Positions 30,828 to 39,547 of a stretch of DNA of 64,000 nt are shown piece after piece; the first letter of the stretch is position 1, and every line of letters begins with the position of its first letter. Both the position numbers and the translations under genes were made by a program. This stretch comes from Opitutales bacterium. Lineage in GTDB: Bacteria > Verrucomicrobiota > Verrucomicrobiia > Opitutales > PNEW01. The notes below the pieces were generated by a model. It saw only the letters and a program-made list of their open reading frames with translations, was not told where the DNA came from and made no database searches. The DNA lies in NCBI GenBank assembly GCA_965197745.1, contig CBDANS010000006.1, positions 224,001-288,000 on the forward strand. Direction: 5' to 3'.

Positions 30828-31664
30828 TCATTGGCCAGCAGGCCAACGTTGCCATGCCGGAGACCAGCATGTTGTTCGGCCACCGATGGTTTCACGGTGC
30901 AGTGCTTTGCCCGTCTTCGGGCAGGTGCCCCTCTTTTCCCAGCGATGATTAAAGAGCCAGCTATCCGGGGGATCATTCCAATCATCGCCAATAACTTTCA
31001 GGGCATCCCCGCACACGGATTTTATCGCGCTGAACAGATCATTCAGTTTTTTTCCTCGAATTCGCCCCGCTTGACAATGAGGACGAATGCGCGCACGCCA
31101 GAGTATTTCATCGGCCATCCAATTACCAAGACCGGGAAACCGCTCCTGCGCTAAAAGTACAGCCTTTATGGCCGACTGGTGCCGCCGCGAGAGGTATGTT
31201 TCCAGAGCGTTACGATCAAAAGCTTGAGAAGTAAGGGAGGGAGGAATACTGCTCCACCATGAAGGAATACTGTCACCCTGGTGAAAACGAATAAGACCAA
31301 ACATTCGATAGTCACTAAAAACTAAAGCCTGACGTGCCTGTAATAGGACCAGATGATCGTGTCTCTCCTGATTGAAAGGTAGGCTGCCGCGTTTGCGATT
31401 TACCTTTAATGGCGTACGGATTAATTTTCCGCTCATGCCGAGATGGATGCCAAGCCAGTTATTGCCACTGAAACGAAAGAGCATCTGCTTCCCCCTGGCT
31501 TCGGAATAACGTAGAAAGCTTCCGGTCAGATGCCGCTTTAATATCCTTGTATTACAATCACGAAAATTTCGCGATCGCGCGTGCAAGAAAACATTACTGA
31601 TTTTCCTGTTTAAGCCGGGATTCCATATTTTTCGGTAATATTCGACTTCAGCAAGTTCAGGCAT
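30828..31664 (-). CDS. Fpg/Nei (MutM-like) DNA glycosylase/AP lyase
   Basis: N-terminal MPELAEVE, RGK, HLGMSG, D.R.FG, PGLGNWMADEILW, GGRTT. Confidence 0.88.
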   Translation of the reverse strand: MPELAEVEYYRKIWNPGLNRKISNVFLHARSRNFRDCNTRILKRHLTGSFLRYSEARGKQMLFRFSGNNWLGIHLGMSGKLIRTPLKVNRKRGSLPFNQERHDHLVLLQARQALVFSDYRMFGLIRFHQGDSIPSWWSSIPPSLTSQAFDRNALETYLSRRHQSAIKAVLLAQERFPGLGNWMADEILWRARIRPHCQAGRIRGKKLNDLFSAIKSVCGDALKVIGDDWNDPPDSWLFNHRWEKRGTCPKTGKALHRETIGGRTTCWSPAWQRWPAGQ

Positions 31665-31686
31665 CAAAATATCCTAATTAATAACC

Positions 31687-32151
31687 ATGGCTAAAAAAGA
31701 AAGTGCGGGTTTACTGATGTATGATTACCGGGATGATAAACTGCGAGTTTTTTTGGGTCACCCCGGAGGGCCCTATTTTTCTAAAAAGGATAACGGCTAC
31801 TGGACAATTCCTAAGGGGGAGCGCGATCAAAACGAAGAAGGGCTGGCATGTGCGATACGAGAATTTAAAGAAGAAACCGGAATAGAACCGAATACCGATA
31901 AATTTCTTCCCATGGGAGTGATTAAACAAAAAGGGGGTAAAATTGTCACGGCGTGGGCCTTTGAAGGCACCTGGGTAGAAGGACAATTAATTGAATGCAA
32001 CACCTTTGAAATGGAATGGCCACCACGATCCGGAAAAAAGCAGCTTATTCCAGAATTAGATAGAGCCGGGATGTTTATCGTCAACGAAGCTAAATTAAAG
32101 ATAAATAAAGCCCAGGTTCCTTTTATTGAAAGGCTGGAAGCTCTGATTTAG
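31687..32151 (+). CDS. NUDIX hydrolase
   Basis: HPGGP, WTIPKG...AIREFKEETG Nudix box, EWPPRSG. Confidence 0.9.
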   Translation: MAKKESAGLLMYDYRDDKLRVFLGHPGGPYFSKKDNGYWTIPKGERDQNEEGLACAIREFKEETGIEPNTDKFLPMGVIKQKGGKIVTAWAFEGTWVEGQLIECNTFEMEWPPRSGKKQLIPELDRAGMFIVNEAKLKINKAQVPFIERLEALI

Positions 32152-32210
32152 ACAATCTCGCGATCCTTATTTATCATTGTAAATCAATCACTGCCTTTAT
32201 GGCAATAGGT

Positions 32211-33449
32211 TCAAAATTTAAGGATTAATTGAGTGGCGGCAAATTGTTGGCCTTGCTCAAATTCTCCATCCTGATCGCTGAAACTGTATTGTAATTTAAA
32301 TTGAAGGTGCTGGTTAAGACGCAGCCCTATGACCACATCATAGCGCGCGACAGGGCGATCCCATGGTCTTTCAATTCCCCTGCTGTCAGCAATTTTTTCG
32401 AAAAATTGCTGTCCCCAGCGCACCGCCGTATAGAGGCGCGGAGACACTTTATATTTTGCCTCAAGATAATAAGCCATTGTGCCCAGTTGATCGACGTTTG
32501 GCACATTGAAATTACTATAAATAAGTTCCGCCCACATCTGAAGATGTCCTCGGGCCCAGGCAAGATCGGCTCCGAAAGTAAATTGATCATAATCATCAAG
32601 ATTTTTTCCCGCAGGTAACAAGGGGGCTGTTTTATCTTGAAGATAGGGTCCCTGGCTGAAGGATACTCCATAGTTCCAGGCTGCATTGGGATGATATCCC
32701 AAGCGACCGATCCATGTGGGACGATTGAAATCAAAATTATCCCAAAGCGTTGGGCGCGAAGATAGCGCTGTATTTTTAATGGATACCGCGTAGTCGACAT
32801 TTCCTGAACTACCAAACAGGGAAACCCCCGGAGTATAAACTGGCCCCCATATGACCGGGACCCAGGATTTTTTTGCATCAGCATTATTTTGCAATAGAAG
32901 AAACCGGTCCCTATTGGGCATGACACTGCTATCGAGAATCACCGTTACATATTCGTAGGGTAAGGGTGCGTTGATGAAAGGATTTTCCCAGGTATCGTGC
33001 CGACCCGACCAGTTTCCGAATTCCGTAGCAAACGCTCCTATCTGAAAATTCACGCTGTCGTTAAATCCCGATAAACGCAAAAAATACTCATCGATACGAA
33101 CATCGTTATCCCTGTAACCGGGATCGAATCCACGATCCCATCGAAATTTAGCAAAACCGTATATATTTTTACCAACGAAGGTGTCTAAATAAAGCGTTAA
33201 CCGTGGATTAAAGAAAAACTTATCATCGGAAAATATCAGGCCCGGTGGTGGATCATCATTATAATAGAGATCGAGATTTACCAGACCACTGACCTGGGCC
33301 TGAACAATCTCTTGAGGCGTTGAAAAAATGAGCGCCTCTGAGAGTTGATCAAGCAAATCGGTCCCGCCAAAGAGGGCCAGGGGGCAAGCGAATACCGAAA
33401 ACAAAGTGATCGGCAGACATTTACGCTTAACATAATTATGAGGCATCAA
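32211..33449 (-). CDS. Outer-membrane beta-barrel (porin-like) protein
   Basis: Signal peptide, alternating aromatic beta-strands, C-terminal ATQLILKF beta-signal. Confidence 0.7.
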   Translation of the reverse strand: MMPHNYVKRKCLPITLFSVFACPLALFGGTDLLDQLSEALIFSTPQEIVQAQVSGLVNLDLYYNDDPPPGLIFSDDKFFFNPRLTLYLDTFVGKNIYGFAKFRWDRGFDPGYRDNDVRIDEYFLRLSGFNDSVNFQIGAFATEFGNWSGRHDTWENPFINAPLPYEYVTVILDSSVMPNRDRFLLLQNNADAKKSWVPVIWGPVYTPGVSLFGSSGNVDYAVSIKNTALSSRPTLWDNFDFNRPTWIGRLGYHPNAAWNYGVSFSQGPYLQDKTAPLLPAGKNLDDYDQFTFGADLAWARGHLQMWAELIYSNFNVPNVDQLGTMAYYLEAKYKVSPRLYTAVRWGQQFFEKIADSRGIERPWDRPVARYDVVIGLRLNQHLQFKLQYSFSDQDGEFEQGQQFAATQLILKF

Positions 33450-35226
33450 TACTTAGTAATCGGTAGGCGGTCATAGTTTCACTGATACCTTTAAGATTGA
33501 GATTTTCTTTGGGTTCAATTTCCGATCTTCCCTGCAAACTATCACCCGTGGCAGAATCGAGAAGAACTTCCATGGGAGTTGCCACGCTGCATAATCGAGA
33601 GGTAAGGTTAACCTGTCCCCCCAACACCGTATAATTGAGCCGATCGTCTGAACCCATGCACCCCGCGACAACTTCACCGGAACTAAGACCGATCCCGATA
33701 TTGAAATTGTATCGGCCCGAATGATTAAGACGTTTTCGTTCTTCCACCATCATCAGCGCGCATTGCGCGGCATTAAAGGTATCCGCCCCGTAACTGCGAG
33801 GAGCACCGAAAATAACCATGATTTCATCTCCAATATATTTATCGACAACGCCATGATGCTTGTAGACAACATTTGTCATCGCCGTCATATGTTCATTGAG
33901 CATGTTTATAACCTCTGACGGCGACATCCCTGAAGTTAGCCGGGTAAATCCCCGAATATCGCAAAAGAGTACGGTTATATCTCGCAGTTCACCCCCGAGC
34001 TCAACCGTTCCATTCATTAACTCGTCCGCTACCTCCCGATCAGTCACTTTGTCAAGAACACTGCGGTATTTTTCCTTCAGCGCGAGATCAGTGCTCATAG
34101 AATTAAAAGAACCCGTAAGCATACCAATTTCATCGCGACTGCGTATCGGTAAATTGACATCAAAATTTCCTTTCTGAATTTCTTCCGTCCCTTTGACCAG
34201 ATCAAGAATAGGCCGTGTCATCTGATGCGAGGCGATAAAACTTAATAGCACCGCGCCGATAACTGCCAGCGATGCGAATCCGAAAATGGAACGACGAAGC
34301 TGGTCAATTAGCGTCTGCAATTCCGCGAGTGAAAATAAAGTGAAGTGATGTACATCCGGAAATCGAGACTCAGTCGATAATGACTGATGAAATAAGAGGT
34401 GGGGTGTACCATCAATTTCAATTTTGGGTGTTATATCCGAAGTGCCTGAGAGGTCGCGGCCAATGATTTGTTCCATGTGTTTATATACATCCTCCGTAAT
34501 ACTGTCTGAATAGACAGATCCTGAAAGAAAGAGTCCGTTTTTCAGACCTTCAGTGCTTTTGCCGGTTAAAGCGGGCATTGAAGCCTGGGGAACGCCAAAG
34601 ATAAGATCGCCATGAAAATCATCGGTGAAGGGATCAAAGAGTTGGGTAACAATAATTTCGTAAAGCCCCTCCACTCCCATACCTCCGAGAATCAGGTATC
34701 CAACTTCGTCTCCCATTTCAGGGTGAAAACCACTGGAAAGTTGTTCGAGGGTCGTTGAGAGTGCACCTTCATCCATACCCTTTATATAACCCGCACTTGA
34801 GTCAGAGGGTACGGTCATTTTACCGTCGGCATTTATATAGCGGAAAAAGGGTGAGGCGGGATTGTTCTCGTTTTCGAGAAGCAAGTGATAACGTTCAAAT
34901 ATTTCGTTCAGTTCAAAACCAAGATCACTGTAGAATCTATCCAGGTTGCCGGCATCAAGCGCTGCGATGAGGCGGACATTGCGTACCGCATCTCCAATGG
35001 CTTCCTTAGCCGAGGCCAAACGAGCTTCCTGTTTTTCAAAAAATAAATCAAATTGATCTTCAAACTGCTCCGAGAGGAAATCTCTGTATACCGCATCCAC
35101 CTTATTTCGTGTCACATACAAGGTGCTTACAGAAATTGCTAATACAATGACAAGCATCGCGATCATAAGCTTATATTTAAAACTGATAGCGATTACGGGC
35201 GAAGTTGTGTGAGGAGCATTCACCAC
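33436..35226 (-). CDS. Membrane-bound class III adenylate cyclase with periplasmic sensor and HAMP domain
   Basis: Two TM helices flanking a ~270-aa periplasmic region; HAMP (TRPI..L..G...RDEIGMLTGSFNSM); LFCDIRGFT, DKYIGDEIM, NYTVLG..VNLTSRL. Confidence 0.92.
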   Translation of the reverse strand: MVNAPHTTSPVIAISFKYKLMIAMLVIVLAISVSTLYVTRNKVDAVYRDFLSEQFEDQFDLFFEKQEARLASAKEAIGDAVRNVRLIAALDAGNLDRFYSDLGFELNEIFERYHLLLENENNPASPFFRYINADGKMTVPSDSSAGYIKGMDEGALSTTLEQLSSGFHPEMGDEVGYLILGGMGVEGLYEIIVTQLFDPFTDDFHGDLIFGVPQASMPALTGKSTEGLKNGLFLSGSVYSDSITEDVYKHMEQIIGRDLSGTSDITPKIEIDGTPHLLFHQSLSTESRFPDVHHFTLFSLAELQTLIDQLRRSIFGFASLAVIGAVLLSFIASHQMTRPILDLVKGTEEIQKGNFDVNLPIRSRDEIGMLTGSFNSMSTDLALKEKYRSVLDKVTDREVADELMNGTVELGGELRDITVLFCDIRGFTRLTSGMSPSEVINMLNEHMTAMTNVVYKHHGVVDKYIGDEIMVIFGAPRSYGADTFNAAQCALMMVEERKRLNHSGRYNFNIGIGLSSGEVVAGCMGSDDRLNYTVLGGQVNLTSRLCSVATPMEVLLDSATGDSLQGRSEIEPKENLNLKGISETMTAYRLLSIDAS

Positions 35227-35907
35227 TTATTCTCTGGAAAAATCTACTTTTACCGTTTCTCCCTTTATAAGGACAATTTCTCTCGCGTGGACTGTCTTTT
35301 CACTTATCCAGGCTTTAAGCGTAAAATTGCCTTCCGGCAATCCCGTTAGCCGGTAAACCCCATTTTTATCAGATCGTGTATAGTAGAGACTTTCAAGGAC
35401 GAGGATGAAGGCCCGCATATGATTATGAACTTCACAGAATACTTTTACGAGGCCGGGTTTATCAAAGAGAATAGATGGCACATTCTCACTCTTTCGGTAC
35501 CGGCCCAGATCAAAGCTTTTAGCTGGTGAATATGAAAATACATTGTGATAAGTATCATCTCGATTAGGAAAATTTATGGATGTGCCTACTATAACAGGCA
35601 GTATTCGCGGTGAAAATTGAAGCCCTTGTTGCAAAAGCTCTGGAGCTACTTCAGGGGGGATCAAAGCTTTTTTTTTAAAACTGCCTTCCAGATAGATCAC
35701 GGCTACCGGCGGTTCCGGAGGCAATTGTGGCGAGTTACCCGATTTTCCGTATCGCTTGGTAAGTCGGGGTCGCTTTGTCGCCTCGGCGAGATCAACGACA
35801 CCCTCGACCGCAGCAGCCTGCAGTCTGTACCTGCCACCGACTGCCGCTGAGAGTAATAATACTACAATCAAACATCGTATTACAATATACACTACCCGCT
35901 GATTCAT
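35227..35907 (-). CDS. Exported cupredoxin-like / carboxypeptidase-regulatory-like domain protein
   Basis: Signal peptide from ATG 35907; FPNRDDTYHNVFS and FCEVHNHM (His...Cys-x2-His-x2-Met); C-terminal YRLTGLPEGNFTLKAW. Confidence 0.8.
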   Translation of the reverse strand: MNQRVVYIVIRCLIVVLLLSAAVGGRYRLQAAAVEGVVDLAEATKRPRLTKRYGKSGNSPQLPPEPPVAVIYLEGSFKKKALIPPEVAPELLQQGLQFSPRILPVIVGTSINFPNRDDTYHNVFSYSPAKSFDLGRYRKSENVPSILFDKPGLVKVFCEVHNHMRAFILVLESLYYTRSDKNGVYRLTGLPEGNFTLKAWISEKTVHAREIVLIKGETVKVDFSRE

Positions 35908-36104
35908 CGGGAAAAAATCGGTTATGGGATAGTCTGATATACTGAATAGTGTGCTCTTAAAAATTCTATATAATTGCTGTAGGTTCAATATTAACCTTAT
36001 GAATAATATAAGAGTTTGACGCCGGGCAATAATATTAAATACATCAATAAGCAGCACATTCTCTAATATATTAAAACCTTTTTTACTTCAGGGATATAAA
36101 TAAT

Positions 36105-37106
36105 ATGACCAGACCCGTAACTTTATTCACCGGCCAATGGGCGGACATGACACTCGTCGATTTAGCCAATCTGACGAAGGAAATAGGCTTTGACGGCCTC
36201 GAATTGGCTTGTTGGGGGGATCATCTCGACCCCTTTCAAGCAGCCAAGGATGAGTCTTATTGTAAAGCGAAGCGCGACTTGCTCGCCGAAAACAATCTGC
36301 AACTTTTTTCTATTTCCAATCACCTTGCGGGACAACTTACCTGTGATCCGAATGATGATAGTCGATCCGATGCATTTGCCCCACCCGAGTGCGCAGGTGA
36401 TGCAGAAAAGAAACGTTCCTGGGCAGTGGAGGCGATGAAAAATACCGCGCATGCCGCGAAAAACTTGGACCTGAAGGTCGTTAACGGATTCACCGGTTCA
36501 TCCATCTGGCATATGCTCTATTCCTTTCCCCCGGTGAGCAACGAAATGATAGACGACGGGTTCAAGTACTTCGCCGAGATATGGAACCCCATTCTCGATG
36601 TATTCGAGGAGTGCGGTGTACGCTTCGCCCTCGAAGTACATCCCACGGAAATCGCCTTCGACATTTACACCGCGGAACGCGCACTCGAGGCGATCGGTCA
36701 ACGCAAAGAATTTGGTTTTAATTTTGACCCCAGCCATCTTCACTGGCAATTCGTCGACCCCGTCGATTTTATTAACACCTTTTCTGACAGGATTTATCAT
36801 GTCCACATGAAAGACGCGATCCGCCACCTGAACGGCCGAACGGGCATCCTTGCATCTCATTTAGACTTTGGCGATTATCGCCGTGGTTGGGACTTTCGTT
36901 CTGTCGGTCGCGGGGAAGTGGATTTTGAAGCAATTATTCGCGCGCTTAATCGCATCAACTATGAAGGACCTCTCTCAATCGAATGGGAAGATAGCGGAAT
37001 GGATCGCATTCAGGGCGCGGCGGAATCCTGCGCCTTTACCAAAGAGATTGATTTCCAATCCAGTGAAATCGCATTTGACGACCCCTTTAACGAAAAGAAT
37101 CGGTAG
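36105..37106 (+). CDS. Sugar phosphate isomerase/epimerase (xylose-isomerase-like TIM barrel)
   Basis: TLFTGQWAD, ELACWGDH, ALEVHP, FDPSH, HVHMKD, SIEWED. Confidence 0.9.
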   Translation: MTRPVTLFTGQWADMTLVDLANLTKEIGFDGLELACWGDHLDPFQAAKDESYCKAKRDLLAENNLQLFSISNHLAGQLTCDPNDDSRSDAFAPPECAGDAEKKRSWAVEAMKNTAHAAKNLDLKVVNGFTGSSIWHMLYSFPPVSNEMIDDGFKYFAEIWNPILDVFEECGVRFALEVHPTEIAFDIYTAERALEAIGQRKEFGFNFDPSHLHWQFVDPVDFINTFSDRIYHVHMKDAIRHLNGRTGILASHLDFGDYRRGWDFRSVGRGEVDFEAIIRALNRINYEGPLSIEWEDSGMDRIQGAAESCAFTKEIDFQSSEIAFDDPFNEKNR

Positions 37107-37138
37107 ATAATTAATATATTATATTAATAGAGAAACAA

Positions 37139-38293
37139 ATGAACAGAAAGCTTCGTATGGGAATGGTTGGCGGAGGACGTGACGCCTTTATTGGATCGGT
37201 CCACCGTGCGGCCGCCCTACTCGATGGTAAGGTTGAACTTGTTTCTGGATGCTTTTCATCCACCGAGAAAAAATCAAAATTGTCCGGGAAGGATCTTCTC
37301 ATCGACTCAAAACGGATATACGGAACTTATCTGCAAATGGCAAAAGCGGAAGCCTCATTGCCGCGGAACCAGCGCATCGATTTTGTTTCCATTGTCACTC
37401 CTAATGACACTCATGTTCCCATTGCCTCGACGTTCCTGAAAGCCGGTTTCAATATTATCTGTGATAAACCATTAGGAATCAGCCTGACCGAAGCGAGGAA
37501 ACTTCGCGCCCTCGTAAGGAAAAGCGGCAAGGTCTTTGCCTTCACCCATAACTACACCGGTTATCCCCTGGTCAAGGAAGCGCGCCACATGGTGAGCAGA
37601 GGGATGATCGGCAAAGTAATTAAAGTTGTTTCCGAATACCCTCAAGGTTGGCTCATCAACCCGCTTGAGAAAGAGGGCCATAAAGGAGCAACATGGCGTT
37701 TAAACGTCAACACCGGTATTTCCAGTTGCGTCGCGGATATTGGCACCCACGCAGAAAACCTGGTACGTTATATTACCAACCTTAAAATTGATTCCCTGTG
37801 CGCGGAATTCACCTCATTCGTGGCCGGTCGAAAACTCGAAGACGACGCTAATATCCTTGTCCGGTTTAAAGGTGGGGCTAAAGGGATCATCTTTGCTTCA
37901 CAGATTTCTACGGGGGAAGAAAACGGTTTTAACATTCGCGTCTACGGTACTAAAGGTTCCATTACCTGGAAGCAGGAAAACCCCAACACCCTGACCCTGA
38001 AATTTGCCGATAAACCCAGCCATCTTTATAAAGCGGGTAATGATTATTTATCAAACGTTGCCAAGTTGAATACCCGCTTACCGGCAGGTCATCCCGAAGG
38101 ATTTATCGAGGCCTTCGCTAATATTTATCGAGAGGCAGTCAGTGCCATTAGTGACGAAGTTGCCGGTAGAAAATTGAAAAAGAACTACGATTTTCCCACC
38201 GTCGACGATGGCGTTCACGGAATGGCTTTCATCGAAACCTGTATTAAATCTGCCCGCTCTAAGCAAAAGTGGACACCGTTTCCAAAGCTGTAA
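37139..38293 (+). CDS. Gfo/Idh/MocA family oxidoreductase
   Basis: GMVGGG..AFIG.VH, IVTPN..H, CDKP, HNYTGYP, DIGTHA, PAGHPEG. Confidence 0.92.
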   Translation: MNRKLRMGMVGGGRDAFIGSVHRAAALLDGKVELVSGCFSSTEKKSKLSGKDLLIDSKRIYGTYLQMAKAEASLPRNQRIDFVSIVTPNDTHVPIASTFLKAGFNIICDKPLGISLTEARKLRALVRKSGKVFAFTHNYTGYPLVKEARHMVSRGMIGKVIKVVSEYPQGWLINPLEKEGHKGATWRLNVNTGISSCVADIGTHAENLVRYITNLKIDSLCAEFTSFVAGRKLEDDANILVRFKGGAKGIIFASQISTGEENGFNIRVYGTKGSITWKQENPNTLTLKFADKPSHLYKAGNDYLSNVAKLNTRLPAGHPEGFIEAFANIYREAVSAISDEVAGRKLKKNYDFPTVDDGVHGMAFIETCIKSARSKQKWTPFPKL

Positions 38294-38329
38294 TCAAAAG
38301 CCGGACGGATTAGACAAAGGCGGATTTAA

Positions 38330-39271
38330 CTAAACGCATACATCATCGGGTTCTACTTCCACCGGGTTACGCAGAATTCCCACATTATCAATTATCGACT
38401 CCATTACATCACCAGGTTTAAGCTCATCGGCAGTGACTGTTCCCGTCGCAACGACATCACCCGGCTCCATTGTCATGAATGAAGAGATGTATTCAACCAG
38501 TTCTGGGATTTTAAAATGCATCCGTGAAGTATTGCCTTCGGACATTTCCTTTCCATTGAGCCGGGTTCTGAAATCCAGATTTAATGGATCAGTTATTTCA
38601 TCTTTAGTAACGATCGCAGGTCCCATGCACGAGAAGGTGTCAAACCATTTCCCGTATAGCCAGTCCATACGCGGGGGTTCTCCTTCTTCGGGATCATCCA
38701 TCCATCCAAACATCCCGGCGTCGTTGAAAACCGTATATCCGACAATATATTCATAGGCTCTATCGGCCGGTATATAACGTCCCCTTTTTCCGATAACGAA
38801 CCCCAACTCCACTTCAGAAACCGCGTTATTGAAGCGACGTGGGCAATATATAGGCTGTTCGTGGCCATTTATAGATGATACGGGTTTGGCAAACATATAA
38901 GGGTACTTGGCAATCGGCGCTTTTTCAAATTCTGACATGTCTGGATAATTGCGCGCTATCCCTATAATTTTACCCGGTCGTGGAACCGGTGCTGCCAGCG
39001 TTACGGTCTCCAGTGGAAGGGCCAGGTTATTTCCATTCGGGCCTTTGTCGCGACTCCCCTCATGGAAATATTTGGATGCGGTATCAAGTAGTTCCAGGGC
39101 GTTATCCCCTAAAGACAAAAACGCGATTATTTCTGACGGCATATTAGATGAGGCTGCTTTCTTTTCCTCTTCGTAGGCGGTGATCACTTCTGAGGAATCA
39201 TAAACTGAATTATCTAAGATTACTCCAAACCTCAGTTCCTTATCCGAATTACTATAGGTGACTAGTTTCAT
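38330..39271 (-). CDS. Fumarylacetoacetate hydrolase family protein
   Basis: EVELGFVIG, GYTVFND, GKWFDTF..MGP, PGDVVATGT. Confidence 0.9.
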   Translation of the reverse strand: MKLVTYSNSDKELRFGVILDNSVYDSSEVITAYEEEKKAASSNMPSEIIAFLSLGDNALELLDTASKYFHEGSRDKGPNGNNLALPLETVTLAAPVPRPGKIIGIARNYPDMSEFEKAPIAKYPYMFAKPVSSINGHEQPIYCPRRFNNAVSEVELGFVIGKRGRYIPADRAYEYIVGYTVFNDAGMFGWMDDPEEGEPPRMDWLYGKWFDTFSCMGPAIVTKDEITDPLNLDFRTRLNGKEMSEGNTSRMHFKIPELVEYISSFMTMEPGDVVATGTVTADELKPGDVMESIIDNVGILRNPVEVEPDDVCV

Positions 39272-39547
39272 GGCAAATTTCCGATTCTGATTAACGATGC
39301 CCTGTGCTAATTAAAAGATCTCTTTGGAAAGTCAATCGCATTCAACAGGTGTAACACACAGGATATTTTTAAGCCCCCTGTTTACGAGGGATTTTCTTAT
39401 TTTTTATTTTTTCCTATCATCCTGAAATATATTAATGCAGTAATTTCAAAATGACTATCAATTGACATAGTTAAGGTATTATATAGTTTTGCTGCACCAA
39501 ACAGCATATTAAATAACGGATTATACCTGTTAAATTTTATTACCTTA

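Noticed and set aside
35908..36057. 50-aa N-terminal extension of the cupredoxin ORF
   Set aside because: AT-rich intergenic-like sequence; the signal peptide starts at ATG 35907.
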